Shown piece after piece: positions 24,496-32,000 of a DNA stretch of 32,000 nt. Under the pieces are notes generated by a model, which was not told the origin of the DNA, did not search any database, and worked only from the letters and a program-made list of their open reading frames with translations. The stretch comes from Candidatus Kuenenia stuttgartensis (GTDB lineage Bacteria > Planctomycetota > Brocadiia > Brocadiales > Brocadiaceae). The first letter of the stretch is position 1. The number at the start of each line of letters is the position of its first letter. Both the position numbers and the translations under genes were made by a program. The stretch spans positions 2,610,001 to 2,642,000 of the forward strand of contig NZ_LT934425.1 in assembly GCF_900232105.1 (NCBI RefSeq), read 5' to 3'.

Positions 24496-24612
24496 AAAGT
24501 CCGCGATTTGGAATGCCAGAGTAATACCAGATGTTTACCGTCTAACGGGGTTGACAAGATTGTCTACAACCTTTACGACCTCGCGCCGGAGGAGGCTGAG
24601 ATTGTGGAGGGG
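24481..24612 (+). pseudogene. Ghost MTase mini-ORF (MDKQAK...VDKIVYNLYDLAPEEAEIVEG)
   Basis: Starts like the true MTase (MDKQQAK) and ends like it (..VYKLYDLTPEEIAIVEG) with only about 25 codons between. The ORF then runs on to 24789. Confidence 0.65.
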
Positions 24613-24728
24613 AAAAAGGGGAAGAATGGGAATAAACAGAGCATACTGTATAAATATTTCATCGAAGTAATGCCATGTGCCGCCTTGCAGAAAATGTTTG
24701 GTTTTGAAGTACATCGGAAGGAAAGAAT

Positions 24729-25232
24729 ATGTATTATTTTGAGATACTGGAAGGATTGTATAAGAGAGATGTCAGATATCTCATCGTAGGCGGATTGTCC
24801 GTCAATCTCTATGGTGTTCCACGGGTAACCCAGGACATAGACATCGTTATTGCTATGAGTAAAGAAAATATTCTTAAGACAACCTCCCTATTGAAAAAAT
24901 TGGGCTATATTCCTCGCCTGCCCGTAAATCCCGAAGACCTTGCAAACCCCGAGAATGTAAAAGACTGGATAGAAACTAAAAACCTTAAGGCGTTTAGTTT
25001 CTATCATAAAAAAGATAATTATAAGGTTGTTGATATTGTGCTTGTTCATCCATTGGATTTCGAAAAATCGTTTATAAACAGAACAATCAAAAAGGCAATG
25101 GATATAGACATTTATCTGGCATCAATAGATGATATAATAAAGATGAAAGAATTTAGCGGAAGAAGTCAGGATTTAAGTGATATTGCAATGCTCAGGAAAG
25201 TAAGGAAATATCTGGAGGAAGAGAATGGATAA
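24729..25232 (+). CDS. Nucleotidyltransferase-fold protein (MNT/AbiEii-like small NTase)
   Basis: 167 aa. YLIVGGLSVNLYGVPRVTQDIDIVI (G-S...D.D NTase signature) and C-terminal SIDDIIKMKEFSGRSQDLSDIAML. Confidence 0.65.
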   Translation: MYYFEILEGLYKRDVRYLIVGGLSVNLYGVPRVTQDIDIVIAMSKENILKTTSLLKKLGYIPRLPVNPEDLANPENVKDWIETKNLKAFSFYHKKDNYKVVDIVLVHPLDFEKSFINRTIKKAMDIDIYLASIDDIIKMKEFSGRSQDLSDIAMLRKVRKYLEEENG

Positions 25233-25395
25233 GGGATTTATGTATACACTTGAAGATGAAAAAATAATGGAATATATGAAATTATCCACAGAGGAAAAAT
25301 TAAAATGGCTGGACGAAATCAACGAGTTTAACAAAATAGTATTAAGTGAACGCGAGAAGGGGTTAAGGGAGAAATTAAGAAAATGCGAAATATAA
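25225..25395 (+). CDS. Hypothetical 56-aa protein coupled to the NTase gene
   Basis: Hand-translated MDKGFMYTLEDEKIMEYMKLSTEEKLKWLDEINEFNKIVLSEREKGLREKLRKCEI. 8-nt ATGGATAA overlap with the NTase stop. Confidence 0.4.
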   Translation: MDKGFMYTLEDEKIMEYMKLSTEEKLKWLDEINEFNKIVLSEREKGLREKLRKCEI

Positions 25396-25432
25396 TAAAT
25401 AAGATGGTAAAATGTAGGAGGGGAATGGGGTC

Positions 25433-25552
25433 GCACCTTGATTAGTGATTATAACGTTGAGTATTCATAGCGGTTTTAAAGTTTTTGGCGCATATTTGCT
25501 ATCATGAAGGATGATTATCTGCAAAACATGGACAAGCAGGCCAACGTCCGCG
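25433..25552 (+). repeat. Direct repeat R, copy 3 (last, abutting the anmK 3' end)
   Basis: gcaccttgattagtgattataacgttgagtattcatagcggttttaaag...gctatcatgaaggatgattatctgcaaaacATGgacaagcaggccaacgtccgcg. Confidence 0.85.
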
Positions 25553-25596
25553 GTCCCGTTAAAATGTTTCGGATAAATCGTGGATGCCTGAACCGG

Positions 25597-26832
25597 TTAT
25601 CTGTGTCTCCCGGGGAGAATTTTCCCCAGAACCACCTGTTCCCTTGCCCCCGTTGCATTAGGAACATTGTTGGTGTTTCCCGATATCGTTTCGTTTGCAA
25701 GGATGGCAAAGGCGAGGGCTTCTTTGGAATCAGAGGTAATGCCAAACATGTCTATTGGATATACCCTTATGGAAGGGTCAAGGTTTTGCTTAATACATTT
25801 TAATAGCGTTTTGTTGTGGCAACCCCCTCCGGAAAGGATTACCTCCGAGATACTATGCCTGTTTAATATCCATTGTTTATAGCTTTCCGCAATCGAGTAT
25901 GCGGTAAACCATGTAACGGTTGCAAGGATATCCATGTTGTTTATGCCTGCCTTCACGGCATCGTTGTAAATCTTATCTGCGTAGCAGACGCCAAATTCCT
26001 CGCGTCCGGTAGTTTTTGGAGGCGGCTTTGACAGGAAAGAATGTCTTTGCAGATTCAACAGGAGTTCCCTGTTTATCTGCCCCTGCGCAGCCAGTATTCC
26101 ATCTTTGTCAAAGTGCGCAGCGTTGTTTGTAATGCGTTCTGTTATTCTGTCAATGATCATATTGCCGGGTCCGGTGTCAAAGGCGATTACCTCGTTGATA
26201 TTGCAATCTTTCGGCAGAAACGTAACGTTCGCGATTCCCCCGATATTTTGCAATGAGCGTCCCTTTTCTTTATCCCTGAAAAGAATAAAGTCCGCATATG
26301 ACACAAGAGGCGCCCCCTGGCCTCCTGCTGCTATGTCTCTGGGGCGAAAATCCGCCACGGTGGTAATGCCTGTTTCATGGGCTATTACGGAAGGTTCTCC
26401 GATTTGAAGGGTTGAGCCGGCAGGAGCAATGCCAGGCAGCATGTTGTCATGTGGAGGGGAATCTGAAGACAAACAAGGTATATGATAAATAGTTTGTCCG
26501 TGAGACCCGACAAGATCAATATCAAGGAGAGAAATGCCGGATGCATTTGCAATGTTCTTTACTGCTTCCGCAAAGAGTTTTCCAAGGGTGAAGTTTAACC
26601 GGCAGATTTTTTCAACCGTACCGGAAGAAGGGTTGCTCGCTTCCAGGACAGCATTGCGAATGTTGTCGGGATAAGGATACGTGGCAAAGGCAAGGACGTT
26701 TACTCTGGTGCTTACCCCATTTCCTGAAATCTCAGCGAGGCAGGTATCTATTCCGTCAACGGAGGTTCCGGACATAAGCCCTACAACCTTCTTTGTAGTC
26801 TTTCCCTTTAATCGTAAAAGTTCCGCTAACAT
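25597..26832 (-). CDS. anmK: Anhydro-N-acetylmuramic acid kinase
   Basis: 411 aa. VVGLMSGTSVDGID, VGSHGQTIYH, DFRPRDIAAGGQGAPLV, FDTGPGNMIID. Confidence 0.92.
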   Translation of the reverse strand: MLAELLRLKGKTTKKVVGLMSGTSVDGIDTCLAEISGNGVSTRVNVLAFATYPYPDNIRNAVLEASNPSSGTVEKICRLNFTLGKLFAEAVKNIANASGISLLDIDLVGSHGQTIYHIPCLSSDSPPHDNMLPGIAPAGSTLQIGEPSVIAHETGITTVADFRPRDIAAGGQGAPLVSYADFILFRDKEKGRSLQNIGGIANVTFLPKDCNINEVIAFDTGPGNMIIDRITERITNNAAHFDKDGILAAQGQINRELLLNLQRHSFLSKPPPKTTGREEFGVCYADKIYNDAVKAGINNMDILATVTWFTAYSIAESYKQWILNRHSISEVILSGGGCHNKTLLKCIKQNLDPSIRVYPIDMFGITSDSKEALAFAILANETISGNTNNVPNATGAREQVVLGKILPGRHR

Positions 26833-26962
26833 TTATTAATTCTTTTTGTTTAACTATTTTATCAAATGTCGTCGGTTCTATTCGTGTTGCCTTTTGAAGA
26901 AGCCGGTAGAAAAGCTTGCCGCGATGTTTCGAGGTTATCCGGTTGAATCTAAACGCATACTC

Positions 26963-27018
26963 AAAATAATCTAATCCTCAATCCTCAATCTGCAACTTGC
27001 AATTAGCCGACTGTAGAT
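26963..27018. repeat. Heptamer-periodic array (8 units)
   Basis: aatcctc aatcctc aatctgc aacttgc aattagc cgactgt agattgc tgactgc, between anmK and the Usp gene. Confidence 0.75.
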
Positions 27019-27029
27019 TGCTGACTGCC

Positions 27030-27467
27030 TTACCCTCTTATGCACAAGACGGGGCAAGGGGCATTTCTTATCACATTCTCTGTCACGCTGCCAATAAACA
27101 TATGAGAAATGCCCGTACGGCCGTGAGTACCCATAACTATAAGATCTACCCCCACATCGCGGGCTGCTTTTAAAATCTCTTCGAAAGGAACACCCGCTCT
27201 CATCAGTATTTCAACATTTATACGATGCCTTATTTCTTCAGGAATACTGCTCCTCAATTTCTGTTCTATCTCTGCATCCGTTTCCGCAGTACGGTTTAAC
27301 TCAGCGTCAAATTTAAGCCCGCCATAATCAGAGGTATGCTCTTCATGGACATGCATAAGATAAAGCACGGCAGCATCCTTGATCGCCAATTTCTCCGCAT
27401 ATGCAAGCGCATTCATGGAACAATCTGAATAATCTATGGGACAAAGAATTTTCTGATAGTGAATCAT
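27030..27467 (-). CDS. Universal stress protein (UspA family)
   Basis: 145 aa: KILCPIDYSD...AVLYLMHV...DLIVMGTHGRTGISHMFIGSVTENVIRNAPCPVLCIR. Confidence 0.9.
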   Translation of the reverse strand: MIHYQKILCPIDYSDCSMNALAYAEKLAIKDAAVLYLMHVHEEHTSDYGGLKFDAELNRTAETDAEIEQKLRSSIPEEIRHRINVEILMRAGVPFEEILKAARDVGVDLIVMGTHGRTGISHMFIGSVTENVIRNAPCPVLCIRG

Positions 27468-27483
27468 TTTTACCTCGGAGTAT

Positions 27484-29736
27484 TCAGTTTAACACTGCCC
27501 CTTCTAATTCCTTTTTTCTTTTAGTAACAGGAAGAATCTCAGGAGAACAGCCTTTCTTTAGCAAGATGTTTCTTAAAAGAGAGGGGCATATGATGGAAGT
27601 AAATACAATTGCCATAATAACAGAGGAAAATACCGTATCACTTAACGTTCCCATATCCCTGCCAAGTCCTGCCAGAATTAATGTCCCCTCCATCTTTGTC
27701 GCCATCCCTATGCCTATGGCCAGACGGTTTATACCTTTCTCAATCGGGCAAACACTGCAAAACATCTTTCCGATAACGGCAGCGCCTGTTATGGCAAGGC
27801 CGAGGAGGAGGGCATTTAGATTGAAAAAACTCCCCAGTTCTACCTGTGCCCCCACCCGAACAAAAAGTATCGGTACGAGGAGCATATAAAATGGTCTTAT
27901 AAACGATTCAACATTACGATGTTCCCCATCATCAGAGTTCCATAACTTCACATTCCGCAGGAATAAACCTGCAACAAATGCGCCTATTACCGTGTGGAGT
28001 CCTACAGACCCAAACATAAAGGCTAACAAAAGGGATAAAATTACCACTATGGGTATATTTAAACCCTCCGTAAGCCTTTTCGTGAGAAAATTCCCAAACT
28101 TATCACCATATTTTACGATAACAATCAAACTGATTATCAGAGAAGTGATTGCTATGCCAAAGCTGAGGGACATACCTACGAGAGAACCTCCTCCTTTTAC
28201 AACAAATCCACTTACTACACCGAAGGTTAAAATTACAATAATATCGGTAAGAATAGTAGCACCGGCTATTACCCTTCCTTCCAGGGTATTTATTGCCTTT
28301 AATTCGCTCAAAACCGCAAGTAATAATCCGGTACTCGAATTACAAAGAACGATTGCCAAAAGAAGTTTCGTGCCGCTTGAGATATCCGGAAGGAGAAAAT
28401 GCCCAACCATAAGTCCCAGCCCTGCAGGGGCTATTATACCGCCCAGACATACCAGGAGAGAAGATGTTCCTACCCGTAATAATGCCCTGAGGTCTGTATT
28501 GAGACCAGCGGTAAAAAGAAGTATCAACGTTCCAAAGTATGATATCATCTTTACGAATGGCATAGTCCTGAGAAAATCAAAAAAATCCCATCCGGTAAAG
28601 GTGATGACGTTACCCAGTATCATTCCTATTATCAGTTTTCCTACTACACCGGGAAGCCGTAACCTCCTTGCCAGCCATTCTGCTATCTTGGCGGCGATAA
28701 GTATTATGGCGATGGCAAGGATTACCGCATGGGTTGGATCTTTATGCCATATCTCCCACACATGCCCGGAACCTTCACTTTCTGCTATATCTCCAACTGG
28801 TTTTTGCAGAGATATTTCCTCATTGCGAACTGATTGGTACTCGATAGGTAATTTTTCTTCCTGTAAGAGAGAAATACTTTCCTCATCAGGAACAACAGAT
28901 GATTGTGTACCCTTTTCTTCTTTAACCAATACCATCTCTTCTCCGGGAGAAGGAGTAGAAGGTGTTGACGTAGGCGCGATAGAAAGGGTTTCCTCTTCTT
29001 TAACATCCGAAAGCATATCTTTATCGATAACAATATCTTCTTTATCTTCATTGGTAGGAGATGTCTCTTCTGAACTTTCATTATTCGCGACATCAAATTC
29101 AGGAAAAGGTCCCTCCTCACGAGCAGTCGCAGGAGAGGGTTCTGGCAAATAAGAAGAGACACCCATCTCTTTTATATCCTGAAACTCGCCCTCGTCGGTA
29201 TTTACCTGATGGCTAATAGGTGATTTCTCTTCTTCATGAGAAGATGCTTTTCCCTCATCAGGGGTATTTTCCTGCTGTTCGTTATCTACAACCGATGTTT
29301 GATCCCCCTTTTCTTCCTCAATTGAGGATACTTCTCCATCGGGGGAAGGATTAGAAAGTATTATCGGGGATGTGACATCATAAATTTCCTCTTCAGTTGC
29401 AATTTCCTGACCATCCTCACGAATGGAGGTGTTCTCCTTAAGGGTTTCCCCCTCTGCAGTAACGGTACCAGAAGGAGGAGTTTTCTCTACAACAATAGCC
29501 TGAAAGGGTTTTTCATCTAAGGCAGGTGACTGTATTTCGCATTGCTCGATAGGGGCGGATTGTGTCTCTAAAGTCTCTTTTTTATTATTGGCGGGAACTT
29601 GCTCCGAATCCTTTGTTATTGAAACTTTTTCTGCTTTTACCTGGGGTAACCAAATTCCATAAAAGTAAAACAAAAAAATTAATAGTATTACGGATGCCCG
29701 TTTCAATTTTATAGTATGCATCTGAAAGTTAATCAT
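27484..29736 (-). CDS. Cation:proton antiporter (CPA2/Kef-NapA type) with an acidic N-terminal extension of about 330 aa
   Basis: 750 aa. Signal anchor VILLIFLFYFYGIW, then an E/S/P/T-rich low-complexity region. From about aa 335 there is a typical Na_H_Exchanger core (ILAIAIILIAAKIAEWLARRLRLPGVVGKLIIGMILGN... with 10 or more TM segments). Confidence 0.8.
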   Translation of the reverse strand: MINFQMHTIKLKRASVILLIFLFYFYGIWLPQVKAEKVSITKDSEQVPANNKKETLETQSAPIEQCEIQSPALDEKPFQAIVVEKTPPSGTVTAEGETLKENTSIREDGQEIATEEEIYDVTSPIILSNPSPDGEVSSIEEEKGDQTSVVDNEQQENTPDEGKASSHEEEKSPISHQVNTDEGEFQDIKEMGVSSYLPEPSPATAREEGPFPEFDVANNESSEETSPTNEDKEDIVIDKDMLSDVKEEETLSIAPTSTPSTPSPGEEMVLVKEEKGTQSSVVPDEESISLLQEEKLPIEYQSVRNEEISLQKPVGDIAESEGSGHVWEIWHKDPTHAVILAIAIILIAAKIAEWLARRLRLPGVVGKLIIGMILGNVITFTGWDFFDFLRTMPFVKMISYFGTLILLFTAGLNTDLRALLRVGTSSLLVCLGGIIAPAGLGLMVGHFLLPDISSGTKLLLAIVLCNSSTGLLLAVLSELKAINTLEGRVIAGATILTDIIVILTFGVVSGFVVKGGGSLVGMSLSFGIAITSLIISLIVIVKYGDKFGNFLTKRLTEGLNIPIVVILSLLLAFMFGSVGLHTVIGAFVAGLFLRNVKLWNSDDGEHRNVESFIRPFYMLLVPILFVRVGAQVELGSFFNLNALLLGLAITGAAVIGKMFCSVCPIEKGINRLAIGIGMATKMEGTLILAGLGRDMGTLSDTVFSSVIMAIVFTSIICPSLLRNILLKKGCSPEILPVTKRKKELEGAVLN

Positions 29737-30062
29737 CGTTAACCCCTATTCAGTTTAAAGCTGACCCTTCTCATTCCTTTTTTTCGGCAGCACTATGCAA
29801 ACCTTTGCAATGAACACCTTTCTTAAGTGTGTAAGAATGGTCTTAAGATTTTAGGTAACCGCGCACAGGGGATAAAATGGCGTTAAATATAATATTCTAA
29901 GCAAGTTATGTATTTTTTATGAAATTCATGAATTAGCCAGCAAATATTTAATGCGCTGAAAATAAGCGCTTTAGCAATTCAAATTTTTTTCTGTAATAAA
30001 TTCATAATTTATTAAGTACCAATTTAACAGTAACTTAAATACTGTGAACGGTTACGGTTTTA

Positions 30063-30273
30063 GTAACACTTTCGTTTTTTGAAGAATTCCAATAACAGCG
30101 CGACTTGCCGTATTAAAAAGGTAAAAAGGATGGTATAGAGGCGGAGCATTTGCTGTAAACGGATGTTGTTCGTTCCTCACTTGAAACACCTAAGCCCACT
30201 AAATTCAAATAGTGCGACGGACCTCGTCACACTACAAAGGACTTTTTCCCGTTTCAAAAGGCTAAGGTGTTAC
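30063..30273. mobile_element. MITE-like element (211 bp), same family as 7781-7933 in the opposite orientation
   Basis: Ends gtaacactttcgttttttgaagaa (30063-30086) and tttcaaaaggctaaggtgttac (30252-30273). The subterminal attccaataacagcg is the reverse complement of cgctattattggaat at 7897-7911. Inner gaggcggagcatttgctg resembles ggggcgaagcatttgccg. Confidence 0.65.
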
Positions 30274-30496
30274 AGGTTTTATGATTGTTCCTGCGTGGTT
30301 TTTGTAGTTATTGGCAATTGCAGCAAGCAATATTCAGTATACTTTCGTTTACATATTTGTCAAGAAAATGTAAATATAGGTTTACACATGGGAGGGTATT
30401 TTGTATCATAGTGTTGTCGTTGCACCAAAATACTTAAGACAATGAGAAAAGGCATTAATCGATTTACTTATTTTCAATAAAAGGTAATCACTCAAA

Positions 30497-31051
30497 ATGA
30501 AAAAATACATTTCTTTTATCGCCTTTGTAATAAGTCTGTCTTTTTTATTAACGGGATGTACAGGGTTTTCCAAAAAAATTAACGAAATCCAAAAGGAACA
30601 AGAAGAACATGCTGCACTCGTTAATAAGAAGATTCAAGACCATGGGCAAATACTTTCAAATTTACAATCTTCCTGCCAAAATATTGAAGGACAAATTGAA
30701 GAACTTTCACAAAAAGCCACTAATACGGACAGCGATTATTCAAAACTTCAAACAGCACTGGATACCCTCAATAATAAAATTGAGACAAGAGGTAATTTCC
30801 TTGATACTATTTACCCGAAAATCCAAAAACGCATCGATGATCTTGAAATGAAGGTAAATACCCTTCTCGAGATAGAGCATGATTTACAAACTAAGATTAC
30901 CGCACTTCAATCACAGTTGTCTGATATCTCGTCTGAAACAAAACAATATGATACTAGTTATGATGAGCTGGGCTACTCGAATAGGTGGCTAAGAAACCTT
31001 TCTAATAAAAAAGGGCAACAGGAGGAGGTTCAGAAACAAGAAAGGAAATAG
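30497..31051 (+). CDS. Coiled-coil lipoprotein
   Basis: 184 aa. Signal peptide with lipobox SLSFLLTGC. The rest is heptad-rich and Q/E/K-rich (IEGQIEELSQKATN..., LEMKVNTLLEIEHDLQTKITALQSQL). Confidence 0.75.
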   Translation: MKKYISFIAFVISLSFLLTGCTGFSKKINEIQKEQEEHAALVNKKIQDHGQILSNLQSSCQNIEGQIEELSQKATNTDSDYSKLQTALDTLNNKIETRGNFLDTIYPKIQKRIDDLEMKVNTLLEIEHDLQTKITALQSQLSDISSETKQYDTSYDELGYSNRWLRNLSNKKGQQEEVQKQERK

Positions 31052-31220
31052 TGGGGAAGAACTAACGGAATAGAAAGGAAGATAACGAGGTCACACATTA
31101 GAAGGTTTTAAAATAAAACCTGACTTAATAGGATTTTCATATAGCACTAAGACACTTTTAAGCCGATTTCGGGGCAGAAACTCGATGGACGATTTTTGTT
31201 TTTGTCCGTCAACGAATAGA

Positions 31221-31262
31221 CCGCACAATGACAGAGCAATATCGTTGTGCGGCCTTTTTTTT
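31221..31262 (+). terminator. Rho-independent terminator
   Basis: ccgcacaa(tg)a...(t)cgttgtgcgg stem (31221-31252) followed by cc and T8 (31255-31262). Lies 170 nt after the lipoprotein stop. Confidence 0.6.
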
Positions 31263-31595
31263 GGTTTGCATATTTGCGATATTTGCGTTAGCCCGACTTT
31301 CGCAACTCAATGGGTAGATAAATCGCTAAGCCAGTAAATACAAGAGGTCCTCTGCTCCGGTGCAAGGGTCATCGGCGCAGATAAGCCCCTCGATATATTT
31401 ACTATGGAGACAAACATGGCGTCCATTTCGCCACTATTTATCCAACATACCGCCAGTCCTTATGTTTAAATTTAAAGAGAAGGATATTTGATTGAAGCAT
31501 TAGTTGTTGTACGTCTCTAATTATGTGAGAATTAGCCGGTCAAGTGAATGCCCCAATTATCAATATTTAATATGTGACTCTAAAAATCCCCTAAA

Positions 31596-31847
31596 ATGAA
31601 TTTAAGTTTCAATACAAAACTAGCAGAAGGATATTCTAGCAATTCGCAAATTGCAAGAGTATTAACTGAAAATTGGGTTAAAGAAAATTCTTATTGTCCT
31701 TGTTGTGGTAATTTTCCATTGAGTGAATTTAAAAACAATAGCCCTGTAGCTGTCTTTTATTGTCTTAAATGCAGCGAAGAATTTGAATTGAAAGGAAATA
31801 GACTCGAAGTGTCTCCTGAATTTGCTCAGGTTTGCGTTGTGGCTTAA
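31596..31847 (+). pseudogene. N-terminal fragment of a DpnI-like (methyl-adenine-dependent) restriction endonuclease
   Basis: EGYSSNSQIARVLTENWVKENSYCPCCGNFPLSEFKNNSPVAVFYCLKCSEEFELKG matches my recollection of the DpnI N-terminal catalytic domain (SNSQ.AR..TE.W....YCP.CG...L..F.NN.PV.DF.C..C.EEFELK). The ORF ends after 83 aa, whereas the full family is about 250 aa. Confidence 0.55.
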
Positions 31848-31940
31848 ACTATCATGTGATAGTAATTTTAATTTTCCATGCGGATAGAAGTGATAGTTCC
31901 AACATCAGCCAACATGGCACCGTCTTTGTCCCAATGATAA

Positions 31941-32000
31941 CTACCCTCTTATGCACAAGACGGGGCAAGGGGCATTTCTTATCACATTCTCTGTCACGCT
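31941..32000 (-). CDS. 3' end of a second Usp gene (partial, runs off the window)
   Basis: 31942-32000 is identical to 27031-27089 (taccctcttatgcacaagacggggcaaggggcatttcttatcacattctctgtcacgct). The stop is TAG here and TAA in the first copy. Confidence 0.7.
   Translation of the reverse strand, partial: SVTENVIRNAPCPVLCIRG

Noticed and set aside
22402-25552. The R repeats as a CRISPR array, or as bona fide integron attC sites
   Set aside because: The repeats are about 110 bp and the 'spacers' are about 1-kb gene cassettes, so this is not CRISPR. For attC, I found GTTGAGT (fits GTTRRRY) and, about 130-200 bp downstream, RTCTAAC (fits RYYYAAC). Their order is R' before R'' on either strand. 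R also has no evident imperfect palindrome. The degenerate 7-mers are expected by chance. This is kept only as something for IntegronFinder to test.
25504-25803. 99-aa ORF starting in repeat R3 (MKDDYLQNMDKQAN...)
   Set aside because: Beyond the repeat it runs antisense through the anmK 3' end. Only its first ~15 codons (the repeat) are conserved between copies.
27992-29152. 386-aa + strand ORF (plus 27401..27889 and 28785..29162)
   Set aside because: It lies entirely antisense to the well-supported antiporter gene. The sequence is low-complexity and S/P/T/I-rich, typical of a shadow ORF.
1-32000. Taxonomic assignment (cyanobacterium because of STRR-like heptamers and GTAG hairpins; or a planctomycete/anammox-type genome because of gene style)
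   Set aside because: There is no lineage-diagnostic gene in the window (no photosynthesis, anammox or rRNA markers). Repeat style alone is insufficient.

Overview
Bacterial window of about 40% GC by eye. I cannot name the taxon from this sequence. All domain calls come from motif recognition by reading; no searches were run. Housekeeping flanks: on the minus strand at 1-7.6 kb, a transglutaminase/TPR protein, a WbaP-type sugar transferase, a 4Fe-4S ferredoxin and a tonB-like/exbB/exbD set; then ychF and pyrE at 8.2-10.1 kb. On the right, at 25.6-32 kb, are anmK, a Usp protein, a CPA2 antiporter and a lipoprotein. An accessory/defence island of about 15 kb lies between roughly 10.7 and 25.6 kb. 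It opens with a decayed IntI-like integrase fragment. Two toxin-antitoxin (TA) cassettes follow (hicBA, DUF4258/DUF2283), each ending in an attC-like imperfect palindrome. The core is a non-canonical defence module: an HKD(PLD)-nuclease/SNF2-helicase fusion (1074 aa), a 1244-aa gamma-class N6-adenine methyltransferase, and a 565-aa orphan protein. A RAYT (REP-associated tyrosine transposase) gene flanked by 33-bp REP (repetitive extragenic palindrome) doublets sits between the helicase and the MTase. Downstream are three cassettes of about 1 kb separated by four direct repeats of about 110 bp, two of which carry 'ghost' copies of the MTase N- and C-termini. Several repeat families have entered coding sequence in frame. 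The REP doublet (exactly 11 codons) is inside both the helicase and the MTase and supplies the helicase stop codon. A GTAGAGAC...GTCTCTAC hairpin is inside the MTase, and an 8-unit heptamer array is inside pyrE. All three recognisable TA toxin genes (hicA, relE-like, DUF5615) are frameshifted while their antitoxins are intact. A PilZ gene is broken in a G9 tract. No rRNA, tRNA or CRISPR array was seen.
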